Below are positions 24,858 through 39,297 of a stretch of 64,000 nucleotides of DNA, in pieces. This DNA is from Moniliella sp. 'wahieum' (lineage: Eukaryota), in NCBI GenBank assembly GCA_003971905.1, contig RSEE01000017.1, forward strand, positions 1 through 64,000, read 5' to 3'. Numbering within the stretch: the first letter of the stretch is position 1; the number at the start of each line of letters is the position of its first letter. The notes under the pieces were generated by a model. That model was not told the DNA's origin. It worked only from the letters and a program-made list of their open reading frames with translations, and made no database searches. The translations under genes were made by a program, and so were the position numbers.

Positions 24858-27367
24858 CTATGTTCGTCCTGGCGGCGCATCGAGCCAAGTGCCATTGAAA
24901 AACGCCGTGGCGGGCATGGTAAAGTCAGCGTAGCTGCCTTGGGACACGTAGGCCAAGCGGAGGAAATGGGGTTCGGTGGCCAAGGCGTTAGCGGTGGTGG
25001 CGGCGGGCGGGTGGAGGCGTTGCGTGCGCCAGTCGAGCTCGAGAGCGCGGAGGCGAAGGCGGTGGTATTGGCATCGAAGCGGTCGTAGAGCGTGCCAAGG
25101 TCAAAGGAAAGGTCGGTGCCTTGGTACCGTAGCACATCGTCCACCAGCAAGGCTACACTATCGTACGTATTGGACAGCGCGGCTGGGACGGCGTTCCAGT
25201 GAACCAAGCCCGTTGCGTTGGGCAGCGCCGTGACGCCTGTCCAGGAGGCGGCGGTGGTAGCAAACGAGGGCAAGGCGAGCCCGATGGACCGTCGCCACGT
25301 ACCACGGCGGTATCTTGGATCAGGCCATCGAACCCCCATCGACCAATACCGTTGAGGTACATGCCCAGCAACAGGGCGGCGGCCATGAGGCTGATTCGGG
25401 TCGGGAAGCCAACGCCCGGGAGGAGGGCGAGGGCAAGAATGTAATGGTGCACCCGTACCGTTTCCCCCGGGATGGCCGCAAGCAAGCCGACGATCACCGC
25501 CTACCACATACAGCGCCAAGTATTTCGGCAGATAGCCTTGCCGCCGAATGACAAAGATGACCTGGTTGATGGCCAAGACGACGACGACGACAATGATCAC
25601 CACGAGGCTGGGAATGGCGCCTGGCTGGGAAGACAGGTCGGAGCCGACGAGACGATTGAGGGGGACATTGGCAAACACCACGTCGAGCAAGGTGCCGATC
25701 CAGTACCAAGCGAGCCAGAGCACGCTTCCTTCGATCGGGACGTGCCGGAAGGCCGGCAGGACAAAGCGAATGCTCACTTCCAAATCACATATGCGCCAAA
25801 CAGGCAGGGCAAAAAAGTCGCCAAACGCCTCGCCAATCGGGGGGGCAAGTCGCGCGGTTCGGAAAAGAGGTTGATGTGCCAAAAGCCGAGCACGACCAGG
25901 ATCCAATACAACACAATCGTCTTGGGCCGCAGCACGAACGTGGTCCATGCAGACAAGACCACATCCAACACGTACCCTTTCCACCGTTCGTCCTTGCACT
26001 GTCCGCCGCCCGAGCCGATCGGGACGAAACGGTAGGCAAGAGGAAAGGTCGAGTTGAAGAGAGGGAGCGAGCGCCGTTGCGCTCGGTGCCCACAAAGTCC
26101 GAGTAGGTCCCAATCAGTTGCAGTACCCCACAGCCGCCAGTATCGTCCGAGAACAAGCCGGCCTGAACTGCCGATTGGCATACCCACGAATCGGCCCGAT
26201 ACGTCTTGTGCTCGTCGCCACCGCCAACGAGAAGAGGAACCCAGTTCACCACCTCATCGCCCACCGCACGTGGTGCCCCGAGCGTGGTGCCGAGACAGGA
26301 TTTGGGACAGCGGAACGCATTGCCAGTCGAGGAGGAAAAGGGGCCACACCCGGACCCGTCCAAGCCGCAATTCGCATTGAGCGACCAGTACGACGCGGTG
26401 CACGAGTAGTACGAAACGGGCGTTGTGCCCGTGAGGGGGGTATCCGATGACGATGACGAAGACGACGACGATGACGAGGACGAGGACAAGAGCGAAGCAG
26501 GCACCGTGGCCGAGGAACGGTACCACAAGTCGCGCGCTACCACTGCAAACCCAAAGATCCACCCAATGCACGTCGCTACCAACACGGCCCAATGGACCCA
26601 GTTCAAGCGCAGGTCCCGCACCACTCCCTCCCGCCAAGCCGAGGGGAGCTGGCCTTGGGTATCGCGCTCCACCTCCTCCTCCTGCTCTTCCTGCTCAGGC
26701 GCAGCGATGCCGCCAGCGGTGGCTGGGGGCAAGGTGGCGCGGTAGCGCAGCCCCTCGACGTGGGATGTATCATACCGGTTCTTGGTCTCGGCCTCGACTT
26801 CGGGGTCAGTCGAGAGCGGTCGATCCCGCGTACGGCGGGCGGAGGTACGGGAGCCGGGAAGGGAACGGGGCAAGCCCGGGTCCTTCCATGCCACCAAATG
26901 GGTCCACTGTAGCCACCTTTGCTCCAGGGGCGCCCAGGGCCACCAGGGATAATGCTTGATGTGCATCGGGGGGGGGCGAGGGTCCCTGGATCCAGTGCAG
27001 GGCGAAGCGCCAGGTACCCAGACGGCGGTGCTGGGCGCGCGCCTGGGCCCAGGTCTGGGCTTGGACGTACTTCCACTCGTTCCAGCGCTGCTGGACGCTG
27101 ATACCGCCGCGCGTCCAGTCGGGCAACCGTGGGGGCGCGCGCAGGCTCAGGGGTGGAGGTTTGGGTGGGCTTGTCGCTCGCGCCGGCCTCGGAGCCGGTG
27201 AGCATGCGGTCGTCGAGTTCGCCACTGGGGGTGTAGGCCAGGCCGACGGGCGCCAGCCCGGGCATCTTGCTCTCTGACGGCGCTAGACTAGGGTGGGTGT
27301 CCTGGGCACGCAGGCTGCGCCGACGCCCGCGATCCATCTCAATCTCGTCTTCGGGATCGGCGGGCAT
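24858..27367 (-). CDS. Fungal LCCL-domain multi-pass membrane protein
   Basis: NCGLDGSGCGPF..FRCP..YRADSWVCQSAVQAG..GGCG (LCCL), many TM segments, RVHHYILAL..GFPTRIS..GIGRWGF, C-terminal DFTM..NGTW. Confidence 0.85.
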
Positions 27368-27943
27368 GGCGGTGGAGCCGGAGCCGGATGGAGCGGCTGG
27401 GCGGGCAGGCAAGAATGCGCAGCTGCGCTGAGCTGCTCCGCGGCGCTGCGATCGGCGACGCCTCCCTTGGTCGCTCCGCCGCCGCACCACATGGGGAGCA
27501 AATGTTCAGGCAGACGATGATCATGCGATCATCGAATCAGATGGCGTCCCTCGCCCGTCTCAGCCATCTCATCCATCCTCCATTCGGTGACAGGAACACC
27601 ACAAGCACCCCAGCTACGAGCAGCTGTCTCCGACCTCCTACTACGATATACGACGGGCCATGCCTGCCCATCCACCCTACGAGCAGCCGCTGCACCGCTA
27701 ATCTACCTCTGTCCCTTGCGGACGGAATGTGGAACATGTTGATCGACATGTTGACATGGGGGCCCAGTCCCCCTCGCCTTCATAAGAGCCAAGTATGTAT
27801 CGGAAAAAGAGGGAGCGAGGCGGCTAAGAAGGACTAAATAGTGCCGACAAGCGATTTTCGACAAGCGATTTCAGTGCTTGTCGTTTGCAAACCAGCATGG
27901 CCCAGGTCGAACGCACGCCCCTCCCCTCCCCGGCTCCGCACAG

Positions 27944-29240
27944 TTAGGCATAGGAGTGCGTCTCGCTCGGCTCACGGCCACGCAGCTTGGGGGGCTCCGA
28001 GCCCGGGACGTAGATGTCGGTCCAGAGCTTAGACAGGGGCGGTTCGGGCGACTTCTTGGCCTGCTCTACCGCCTCGTCGACGGTCGCCTTGGCCTGCTTG
28101 TCAATCGCCTTGATCTCATCCTCCGACTTGATGCCCCACTCGAGCAACTTGGACTTGAGCCCTGGATCGGGTCGGCCGACGTGCGCATCCGCTGGATTTC
28201 CTCACGGGTACGGTAGGTCGTGCCCGGGTCCGAGAGCGAGTGGCCACCGTAGCGGTAGGTGGTGAATTCCATCACGAGCGGGCCCTTGCCGAGGTGGTGT
28301 ACTCGCGGGCCCACTGGGTCGCCTGGCGCACCGCCAGCACATCCATCGCGTTCACCTGCAGACCAGGGATCACGTCACCACGCTCGTAGAACTTGGTGTT
28401 CATCGACGAACGTTCGGCCGAGGTGCCCATGCCGTACTTGTTGTTCTCGCACACAAACACGCACGGCAGCTGCCACAGCTGGGCCATGTTGAACGCCTCA
28501 AACACCTGGCCCTGGTTCGACGCACCGTCACCATAGAGGGCAAACGTAGCGAGAGGTGCCGAGGTACTTTTGGGTAAACGCCAGCCCGGCGCCGACGGGC
28601 ACTTGGGCCCCGACAATACCGTTGCCGCCAAAGAAGGTCTTGGTGAACATGTGCATCGAGCCACCCTTGCCCTGGCTGATACCGCCGTCGCGACCAAAGA
28701 GCTCAGCCATGACCTTGTAAATCGACCCGCCACGCAGCACGGCAAAGGGGTGGCAGCGGTACGAGGTGATGAGCAAGTCCTCGGGGGTCATGGCAAAGTG
28801 CATGCCGGTCGCGACGGCTCCTGGCCAATGGCCAAGTGGCAAAAGCCGCGAATAAACTTTTGCTTGTACAGCGCATCGGCCGCCATCTCCATGCGGCGCA
28901 TCTGGACCATCGTGTCGTACATGTTGACCAGCTCCTCCTTGGTCGTGTGGAGGGTGAGGCCAGGGCCGCCGCCGTGGGCGTCAAGCTTCCACTCATGGAA
29001 GCTCTGGTCAGAGAGCTGGACCTCGAACGGTTCCTGGTGGTGCTCGGGGACGGGGGCGTTGACGGTTGCCGAGTCGGCGGCCAGGTGGATGGCGCGGGCG
29101 GGCGACGGGGGGGGGCGGGCGGCGAGCGCCTGGAGCGGGGGAGGAGGGGGTGAGGGTTAGCGGCGGCAGGGCGCGAGGAAGGGAGAGAGACGCACCGGGG
29201 CGCGGAGGGCAGGGCGGACGAAGGAGCGGACGAAGGACAT
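27944..29240 (-). CDS. PDA1: Pyruvate dehydrogenase E1 alpha subunit
   Basis: [101 protein letters not shown]; intron near the 5' end. Confidence 0.97.
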
Positions 29241-30675
29241 GGTGCTCAGTCGCCGGCGCAGCTGGTGGAGAGGCAGGAAGAGAAGGAGGCGCGCAGGGGA
29301 GCGATCGGCGGGTGCTTCGCCTGGGGAGGGAGCCTAGGGGGGTGGGATGCTTCGCTGTGCTGCGCTGGGGCTGCTGACGCTGAGGCCAGGCCCACGCAGT
29401 ACCCACCCAGCCCAAGCCAGGGCAGAGCCAGCGCACAGCAGCCGGCACTTGCCGACACTGCCCCCCGGGCGGGGGTGGCACGGACCAGAGCGGCACGGCG
29501 CCAGTGTCTGCGCCTGCCCCGGCCGGCACCGGCAGGCGGCTGCCCAGCCAAACTTTGGGCGCGCAGGCACGGCGCCACTGGCGGCCGCCTGCGTTCGTTT
29601 TTTGGCCAGCGCTCGGCGGCAGCAGCACCGCACACGGCACGGCGCCAGTGCGGCGCACACCGCGTCTCACTCCTCCCACCACTGCCCCCGTGCCGCCGGC
29701 CGCCGCCGCCCCACAGCGCAGCGCCAGGGTTAGGCAGGCTGGGTTAGCCGCACGCTGGGCTCGTGTCTGTCTTTCTTAACACCGCTGCTGCCTCTTCTCC
29801 GCTGGGATATCTGCCCTCTGGCACGCTCTTAGATCTTACCAGACAGTGCCCGTCGCCTGCCCTGTCCTCCACACGCTGCCTCGCGTCTCTTGTCAGCATG
29901 TCATAGACCGTCACAGCGCCATAACCGCGGCATCATAACCCGCGCACTCCGTCCCCTTCGGCACGTTGTTGCACCTGCTCCTTCGTCATCGAATCGTCAT
30001 CCGCCTCCACCGTCACATCCGTCCCTTCTGCTTCCCTTCCGCCCCACACCATGCGAATCTCCGCCCCGCCACCACCGGCCACCGCTGTCCGTGGGATCTA
30101 TACCATACTCCAACGCCGTCAATGCCCATTTCCACAGTCTGCAGACGGGCGTCCCACCCGCGCCTTTTCCCTAGTAGCACCCTTCTCGGCTGCAGCGTGG
30201 GGACCAGAAGAACGAGCCCGTTCGGGCCCCGGTATACGCGCTTGAGACGGCAGATATCAGAATGCGCTTCGTGACACGGACACGAGGCCAATCGTGCCGT
30301 CGTCGCTGTCGCAGTGGAACGACTGGGGTTACCGGTCAGCCAGGCGGGGAAGGGTCGGGAGGGGGAAAGGACGGGGGCGCGAGTAAGGTGTGGTCAGGTG
30401 GCCAATTCAACGAGGCCAAGCAGGCCAACACAGGCCAAAGTGCGGGCGGCACCAAGGGCGGGGCTGGTCAGGCCACCAGGGAAGGGGCACGCTTACGTCA
30501 GGTGCCAAGCGGCGCCACAAGCGCCGATTGCCACGAAGCAGACCAGCGCCAACGCAGCAACTTCAACGCGTGGGTGGCCGACGCAGCTCACTGTCTTCCC
30601 CTCTGGCGCCCTCTGACGCCCGTTGACCACGTTGAGCACGACCCCTCGGACGTGCCTCGGAGTGTGGAGCGTGGG

Positions 30676-32314
30676 ATGGCCGTGCCGGGTGGGGCGGCGC
30701 CGTCGGCCTGGCCGCCACCGACGATCGAGGTGCACTGGCTCGACGCGCGCACTGGGCCTTCCTCGCCGAGGGCGGGATGCACGTCGTGGTGCGCTACGTC
30801 GGTCCGGCAAGCTCGGTGTTTGTCCACGGTGCTACGCGACGCCAACTGGCGTTGCGCATTCGTAAGGCTGCGCCTGTGGCGTGTGCCGCTTCGGGCGGTG
30901 AAGGCGACCGCGACCGCGACCGCGTGCCGGACTTGGTCAAGCACGTGCTAGGCGAACAGCATGTCTTGTCCCCCGTCCCGGTGTCCGCGAAGACCGATGC
31001 GGAGCAACGTGCGCTGACGGGCTTCCTTGCCGATCTCGCCGCCGCCCTGCACTCTGCCCGTCCTGCTTCGCGCCGCACGGACCCGATCCACCTCGCCACG
31101 CCGCAGGTGGAAGCGGTGGTCGACTTGACGACTACCTTGCTGCCCGGCCCCGGTACCTTACCCCTCCCCTCCCCCTCCTACATGGACAGTGGAGATCAAA
31201 GTACGTCCTCGCTTCTCCCGCACTTGTGGCAGCACCGCATGTTTCCCCGCTGCGCTGCTCTGGCTTGCTTGGCTTGGCTTGCCTAACCCCCTCCGCGTTC
31301 GTCATTGGTGGCCCAGCCGAAATGGCTGTTTCGCGCGCCCACGGCGCCGGCTTCGCGGTACAAGATGCATGCGATCCATCGGGATCCGGACATGACGGTG
31401 GCCGAGTGGGCGGCTCTGTACGATCCGGTAAGCTTGACGTCTTCCGACGTGGTCACGGTGGAGCAAGGCCTGGCCGCGTTGTGGCGGCAAGCCACGGCCG
31501 CCGCGCAAGCGGGGGCAGCAGGAACAGAAACAGGAACAGAAACAGGAACAGGAACAGGGCCCGATCGCCCGGCAGGTCGATTGCCAACGAACAACCTGCA
31601 CATTTTCCAGCACGGGCAAGGGGAGCGTGTTACGCCGTCGCACGTGCCGCACCTCGTCCCACTGCTCGCCGCGTACCTCGTGCGCTCGCGGCTCTTCACG
31701 CGGCTCGGGCACTCACAGCACTGGTTGGACGCCGGGGGCATCGCGCACTTGGCACACCAATGGTCCGCCCTGCCTTGCCTCCGCTCCGTCCCGCCGTTCG
31801 AGCGGGACGATAGCCAGCCGTGCACCCACTGGCTGCTCCGCCCTCTGGAAGCGGGGGAAGTCACGCGCCTCACTGCGCAGCTGCACGCCGCACTGCTCGA
31901 TCTCGATCTCGGTCCCGGTGCGGTGCCGGTGGCTGTGGCGGTCGCACCGACAGCCCCAGCGCGGGCAGGGAGCCAGACGCGGTCCCGGTCCCGCTGCTTC
32001 CGGAGTGGACTGCAGCAGGGTCGGGGGGTACGCTACCGGCCTGCTCGGACGGCGAGGGGCAGGCGCTGAGTGCACTGCGTTCGGGCCTGGTGCGCTACAC
32101 GGTCGGGGCGACGCTGAAGGATGTGTCGGTGATGCTGCGTGTGGGCGCGGCAGGGGTGGAGGCGGTGGTGGTGGATGTGGAGGCGAAAGCGGTGGATCGC
32201 ATGGGACGCTGGTGGGCGTTGGACCAAGCTATTGCCCAGTCCTTTCGTCTTTGGCAGAACACGCCCCCGTTTCCTCCTGCGTCTGCCTCCGCTTCGACTT
32301 CCTCGCCGAGATAG
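30676..32314 (+). CDS. IPK1: Inositol-pentakisphosphate 2-kinase
   Basis: LAEGGMHVV, ALRIRK, VEIK|PKW (intron 31201-31316), RYKMH, YDPVSL, NNLHIF, GATLKDVSVM, VVDVEAK..W..LDQAI; start uncertain. Confidence 0.85.
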
Positions 32315-33124
32315 CCCCGGCCCCCTTTGCATGTACGTCTGTGCGGTGCTGCTCTGAGATCTGACCGGTGGCCCTTGGACCGGTCGCCCCCCTCGCCCCG
32401 TGACGGAAGAAGAAACTTCTACCTGCCTCACTCTCCCCCAGACCTAGCCGTCTCTCGCTCCCGCTCTCGCCCGCAACCGCCATAACCAACAAGAACCAAG
32501 AACCAAGAACTAATACCCACCCTCCTATATGAGTAGACAGCCATGGGATGGTCCTCGCCCGATGCAGAGCAGTGGAGGGGAGGGGAGGGAAGGAGGGTAC
32601 GCGAGGGGGGGGGTTAGGATCGCGCTTGGTGCATTAGATCCTCGATCCTCGATCCTCGATCCGGGACCGATCGATCGATCGTAGGGCAAAGCAGTAGAGC
32701 TAGTAGGCAGAAGCAGAGCAAGCAGAACAGAGGAGTCGCACAATTACGCCGACGAGCCAAGAGCCAAAGAAAAATGCAAACAATCGGTACAAGAAAATCG
32801 TCCACAACGGAGGGAGGGGGGGGGGGGGGCAAACGGGAGAAAAATGAGCGCGAGGGGAGGGGGGGACACGGCAAACAGAGCAGAAAACACAGCAGAGAGC
32901 ACCCCCCCCCCCCATCGGCCAGTGACAACTAATATCAATATCAATATTAATATCAATCGATCACCAACAACCCAAGCGTCCCGGGAGGGGAGGCCGGCGC
33001 GGGGCTGGGGGGGGGCATTTTTTACATGGTTAACGGGTTAACGTGGTGGCGGGTTAACGTGGTAACCGGGTTAACGGTGGAAAGGGGTAACGGGGGACGG
33101 TGGAACGGTGGAACAGTTCACAGT

Positions 33125-36100
33125 TTAACGAGCGACGAGGTGCACCGTAGGTAACCGCAGCGGCTGCACATGCGCATGGCCAATCACGTCGCTGGTGTCC
33201 TCATCATCAAACGAGCCTGAGCTCAAGTCGGACGTGGCGGAGCGCGGCGAGGACCATGGGTGGGAAGCGTGCGAAGCGTGCGAAACGTGGGAAACATGCG
33301 AAACGGGCGGGACGGGCAGCGCAGGAGGCGGTGGTGGCGGCGGAGACGGAGGTCGGATAGGCGGGTAGGGAACCGTGTAGGAGCGGTACGGAACGGGAAC
33401 TGGGCCGGCAGCGCGCGGGAGGACGATGCGGACGACGACGACTGCACAGGCGCGGGGCGCAAGAACCGAGGTGGTGGCGGGGCATGGGACGGGGTATGCA
33501 GTGGGCGCAGCGTGGTGCTCGTGCCAGGTGGCGTGGGTAGGTCGGCCGCGGGTGGCGCAGGCGCAATACCGACGCGCTTGGCGAGCGCGAGCGCAGCCAA
33601 GGCCACCTCGGTCGTGCTGGTGGAAACGAGCGAGGGGGGTACGAGGTCCGAAGCGGACGCCGCCGCGTCGCACGTGGCCCTGAGGCGGTGCAGAGCGCGC
33701 GAGTAGCTGGCCCGTGCGCTGCGCAGCTCAGCCTGCTCAGTCTGTTCGGCCTCCTCTTGCCCAGGTGCAGAGCTCGACGCCCTTCCGCTCCCGCTCCCCT
33801 CCCGCTCCCACTCACGTCCCACAAGATCAGGCTGCTGGCCCAAACCACACGCTCCAGCGCCGCGCCGCGCGGCCGAGTCCTCCGAGCCAGCCAGAAGCCT
33901 ATCCAGCGACTGTTGCAGCTCCGACCAGTGGCCATGATCAATCTTCCCCCCGGGCGCAACGAGGGCAGGCAGGCGGTCTCCCTCGGTGTCAGGTTCGGGG
34001 TCGGCCCCGGCCTCGGCCTCGGTACGGGCAGGAGAGGCGGGCAGACGCGCTGCTGCGGCTGCGACGCCTTGGCGCGAGCGGAGAGGACGAGCCAAGGCGA
34101 TCTGGGACCGGATGCGGTCCAGCGCCTCTTGCGCGGCGGTGCGCTGGGCCTCGAGCTCGGCACACTGGTCCGACAGAAGACTATGTTGGCTTTCAGTGTG
34201 CTTGTGGGCGTCGAGCTGGGCGGTGAGCTGCTGCAACAAGGTGGCATCTTGTTCGGCTTGGGCTTGGAGCGACGCGATGGTAGTTTGGTACTGCGCTTCT
34301 CGTGCCCGGGCCTGCTCGTGCTCTTGCTTCTCCTGGGCCAACTGCGCTTCGAGCTGGGTCAGTCGGGCGCCCAGGTCGGCCAGGTCGGCATGCGCTTGGT
34401 CCCGCTCAGCCTGCACTTCCTGCACCATTTGCATTTGGGTCTCGGTCTGCGTCTCAGGGGACGCGGGCAAGTTGCGCTGTTGTTCCTGCTCCTGCTCGAG
34501 CAAGGCCAATTTGGCTTCTGCCTCGGTCGCCCGATCGGTTTCCAAGCGCAGTTGGTCCAACAACATGCCCGCCTGTTCTGCCATGCCGGACGCCTCGTCG
34601 GCGCGCGCGGTGGCCTGCTCACTGATTGCACGCCACCGTTCTGCCTCGGCACGTTGCTCGTCGTGTCTGTCCTGCCAGGGGAGCAACAGGGCGCGCTCGG
34701 TGTCCCATTTAGCTTGAGCCTGGGCATGCGACTCGGTGTGCTGAGCCAAAGCCTGCGCATGGGCCTGCGCATGCTCTTCGAGCGCCCGCGCGTGCGAGGT
34801 AGCTTGCTCGTCGAGCGCTTGGGCAAAGTACGTCTCGCGCTCTTGCAATGCATCGCGATGGTCTTGGTGCACGTGGCTCAGCTGCGCTTCGAGGGCACGG
34901 TGCTGCTCCTGGGTCTCGGTAAGCTGGGTGCGCAGGTGCGCCAGTTCGCTCTCGAGCCCAGCGCGCAACTCGGTCCAGATCCGCTCGGTTTCCTGTGCCT
35001 GGGCCTGTGCCTCATCGCGTTCGCGCACCAGGCGCGACACGTCGGTCGCCTCGGGCCCTGGGCTGGCGGCTTCGGCCCCCGCCGCTCCAGATCCACGGTC
35101 CCCCGTCGCCGGTAGGTACGTCTCGTTGCTCCCGAACGACTTGGCCGACGTGGAGAAGGTCATGTCAGGGAGGAAGCTGTGATCGAGGTGGGGCTGATGG
35201 CTCGCTGGATGGCCGTCGGGGTCGGCCTCGTGGTCGTACTCCTCTTGGGGCGGTAGGGCGAGCGGGTCGGACCATGCGGCTTGGCTGTCGGACCTAGGCT
35301 GGGACGCGAGCAGCAATCCGCCTCCGACGGAAAGACAAAGCTGACACGAGCCCGCGCCTCGTCTTCCCGCGGAACGACCTCCAGTTCGTCCGACCCAAAC
35401 GAGCCCGCCGCACCGGGCCGGGCCCAATCCAGTCGCTCCGCACGCGGCGTGGCTTCCATCTCGTCATACTCCAACGACATATGCGCATCGGACGCTCCCC
35501 GGATCCGACCGAGCCGAGCAAGCGCCGACGACTCATCGTCGCTCAGCAACTCGGATTGCCCCGACTCGCTCGGGCCCGAAATCGAAAAATCAATGCGACT
35601 CTGGTGCGAGAAGCGGGGGGGGGGGGCAAAGGCCGGCGACCGCAGCCCCGCGTTGGCTTCCGCGGTGGGTTGGGCATCACCATCGCGATAGCCATAGCTA
35701 TATCCATAACCACCACCCTCGCTCTCGCCCTCGCCCTCACCTTCACCTTCACCCTCGCCATCCGTATCCCGACCGCTATCTCGGACGGTATCTTGGCCAG
35801 TGTGCAGTGTTAGGTGGGAGGGAGAGCGTGGCTCGTCCGCGTCCGCGTCCGCGTCTGGGGCAAATTCGATCTTGCGCCGGCGTCGTCAGAAAAGTGAGGA
35901 TCAGTGTCGATGGCACTGGTTGGGGCAGTGGTGAGGGGGAGAGCGGGCGGAGGTCGTGGTGGTAGAGGAGGCCAAGCTGGTGGACGCAAGAAATGGGAAG
36001 AGGAACTGGTCTCCTGTTCGGGTTCTTGGTCCTGGTCCAGATCTTGGTCGTGGTCCAGATCTTGGCCCTGGTCCAGGGCCGGGTCCTGGTCCAGTGCTGG

Positions 36101-36887
36101 TGGCTCAGACTCGACCGCTGGTGGCTGCAGTAAGTGGTCGAGGGGGGGCCGGTGGCAGATGTGCGGGAAGCGGTGTTCAAGCTCGGTGAGCACGTCGGTG
36201 GCCAGGTCGCGGAAGCGGGCCGAGGGCAAGTGGGCGAGCTTCTGGCGGGCCTGGTTGCGCTTCGGGTGGAATTCAGCGCGGGTGGGCAAGGCAGGCGGGG
36301 CGGCGGAGAGGGTGGTCTGGCGACGGAGCAGCTCGTCGTACACGTCGGTGGAGAGCTCGGCAAACTGCTGCTTGCTCAGCTTGCTGAGCTTGTCGCGAGC
36401 ATGGGAGCGGCTGGGGGGCGAGGCTGGCGGGAGGTCAGCAGGGCACAGCGATGCGCAGGCCAGGGCAACGTACCAGAGGCGAGGTGGGTGGCGAGGAAGG
36501 CGAGGAGCTTGGCGTAGTGGGTGGAGGCCATGCGGGCGAGCGCCTGGGAGTCATGCTTGACGCGGCGGCGGGCGGGGCGGAGGGCGTGGAGGGCGTGGAG
36601 GGGCGGAGGCGGCGGAGGCGGCGGAGGCGGCGGAGGCGGCGGAGGCGGCGGAGGCGGCGGAGGCGGCGGAGGCGGCGGAGACAGCAGAGGGCGGCGAGGG
36701 GGGCGGCGGAGGCGACGAGGGCGACGCGGCCGAGGGCGCAGGCGGCGGGGGCGGGTAGCGGGAGGGCGGGTGGGGCGGGGCGGTGGGGAAGACGGGCGTG
36801 GCTGGAGGCGTAGGCGTAGGGCGAGGAGAAGCCCTGGCGGAGCTGCCGCAGCGTTGCGCCGGCGGGGGCGCGCGAGGTGGTGGCCAT
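33125..36887 (-). CDS. SPA2: Spa2-like polarisome protein (two SHD/GIT repeats + coiled coil)
   Basis: ARDKLSKLSKQQFAELSTDVYDELLRRQ and PKRNQARQKLAHLPSARFRDLATDVLTELEHRFP; long E/Q/A-rich coiled coil. Confidence 0.88.
36602..36680. repeat. 9-bp tandem repeat (GGCGGAGGC) about 9 copies within the 5' part of SPA2
   Basis: Directly visible. Confidence 0.9.
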
Positions 36888-38330
36888 GGCGGCGCAGCAG
36901 ATGGGCGTGGCGGGTGAGGGGATGGCGGGGGGGCGTGTGGACGGCCGAGGCGGATGGTTAACTCTGCCCCCCCATGCGTCCCATTCGGCCGCCCATGCGC
37001 CCCCCCTTGCGTCGCCCGCGCCACGTGGCGTGTGGCGCACACCCGCCCCGTGCGGCCCGTCTGGCGCGCACACCACCCCCTCTCGTCACAGCCACTGCCT
37101 GTCACATGCACATCACACCCACCGCGCCTCTGTCACATGTCACATGTCACATGTCACGCCTGCCCTCCATCGATCGCCATCTGTCTTCTCCCGGCCGGCA
37201 CTCCAATCTCCAAGCGGCGCGCTCATCATCACTCATGCGCACCCGCCGCTACGCTACGCACAACCACCACGCCCCAACCCAACCCCAACCCCCCCCATCC
37301 CCCCCATCCCCCATCCTCAGCAACGCCATGCGCCTGACAGCCAGCTAGTCAACAGCGGCCACCGCGCCACCCCAATCACACACCAGACACAGAAACGGAC
37401 ACTCGCCTCAGACGCCGTTGCGTACTCGCGTGTTGAGTATGGATGCTCGTGACTAATGGACTGCTGCGCATAGCCCTCCTTTCGTCCACACGCCCATCCT
37501 ACGCTTGTTGGCCGCCCGGCACACCCCCCAGATAGGCGCCGCTCCCCACACCCCAGCGGGGAGCGCAAGCGCAACCTACCCAGAATGTCGCAGTGCCCAG
37601 CCAGACAGATCAGATCTCAATCTCAGAGGGCGCCATCTGTCATCCATGTCATCTGACACCTGTCATCTGTCATCGAGGCATCTAGTCATCGAGTCATTCC
37701 TCTCATCGATCATCCGCCGCGGGCCATCCTGCACGGTGCCCTGCGCGCTCGCGCGAGAGACCAAGGAACAATCCATTCACGTGCAGGCGCGACAGGACGG
37801 CCCTGCGCATCTCTGCTCCCCCCACCAGAGCCCCGTCTCGCGACCTCGTCCGCTCCACCGCCGCCGCACCGTGCTGCCAGCCTGCTATGAACGGCCTTGT
37901 GCGCCAGTCAAGCCAGACCGCGTGAGGTGCGACGCAGAGGCTGTTCCGGGCGGACCGCCGCGAGGGGAGGGGGATACACGACGCGGTACCGGACAGAAAC
38001 AGGAACGGAGGTGAGAATGGGGGTCTACCATGTGTGACCAACGGAGCAGCCGCCTAATGGACCATGCTGGCTGGCTGGGGCCACCTCACCTTGCGCGGAC
38101 GAGCGGAGGCCAATGGGGTCAAGCGATGCATCCTCGTTGGAGAGACAGAAGGTACCCAACCAGCAACAGGTGGGGGGGGGGGGGTATCCACCCAGGCCAA
38201 TGCGCGCTCGAAACAAAAAACGTAAAAACGCGTAACGGGGGAAGGAAGCAGGAACGAACGCGGCAGGGGACCAAGGGGGGGGGCAAGTGAAAAGGATACG
38301 AAAGGGTACGGAGGGGAGGGGGAGGGGAGG

Positions 38331-39297
38331 CTACGCGCTGTGGTACGCCTCGGGCTGCGGGCCAAGCAACTTGAGTACCAAGTGGCGTAAAATCTGGGTG
38401 CGTTGGCTGGCGCCCAAGTCAGCAAATACCTCAGCGACCGACTTGCCCTTGGCGTCGCGCACGGCGCCCAGACGGTTGCCCGCTACGGCGCCCGCCACGG
38501 CGCCAGGCACATTGGCCACAATGAACCCCAACGCCGCGCCGGACGCCGACCCCACCCACGTCCACCACGGAGCTAAGCGCTGCACCTCCGGACGAAGCAT
38601 CTCCGCAAACACGTCCCCAAACACGCCCGTCGCAGAAGGCTGTCCGGCCGGCGGCGGCGTATGCGACGACCGGGCCGATCCCGATGCAGATGTCGATGTC
38701 GATCCCGACGGACGCGTGTGGAAAAAGTGGGCGGACGACGCCTGTTCCCGCCGCGCGTCGCCGGCCGGGCCAAAGTAACGCTCAAACTCGGCCCAGGTCT
38801 CCGGCTGGGCCAGGCGCTGGGCATCGTACTCGGCACGCCGCGTTGGGTCCGACAGCACATAATCTGGAGGAACAGAGGCCACGGGGAGAGGGGGGGGTGT
38901 CAATACCTACCTACCGCGCTATTGAAGAAAGACCGGGCCGGGGAGGAGGGGGAGAGGGAGGGAGAGGCACGTACAGGCGTCGGCGACGGACTGGAAACGC
39001 GCCGTGTACGTCTCGCGTCTAGAGCGCCACAGGGCAAGGCGGGGAGGTTAGCACTTCGCATCTAGCACTTGGCACTTGGCACTTGGCACTTGGCACTTGG
39101 CACCAGGCCAGGTGCCGGGCGATGCGGGCGATGCGGGCACAGGACAAGACAGCACGTACTCGCTGGGGGTGGCGTGGGGGAAGCGGTCCGGGTGGGTTTT
39201 CAGCGATTCTTTGCGGTAGGCCTGGGCAATGTCGGCGGTGGAGGCGGTGGGGCGGACGCCGAGCACGGCGTAAAAGTCAGCGCAGGGGCTCGGTCAT
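38331..39297 (-). CDS. J-domain (DnaJ) protein with a C-terminal glycine-zipper-like segment
   Basis: DFYAVLGV..DIAQAYRKESLKTHPDRF, RFQSVADA, YVLSDPTRRAEYD, GAALGFIVANVPGAVAGAVAGNRLGAVRDAKGKSV; two introns. Confidence 0.9.
39066..39100. repeat. 7-bp tandem repeat (GCACTTG)5 in a J-protein intron
   Basis: Directly visible. Confidence 0.9.

Noticed and set aside
32480..33120. Short repeat clusters (AAGAACC, GATCCTC, AATATC, GGGTTAAC) as a CRISPR-like or other functional array
   Set aside because: No repeat-spacer structure; simple slippage repeats like many others in this eukaryotic window
33688..35115. Long antisense or alternative-frame ORFs (e.g. 475 aa opposite SPA2)
   Set aside because: Shadow ORFs are expected at this GC content opposite real genes
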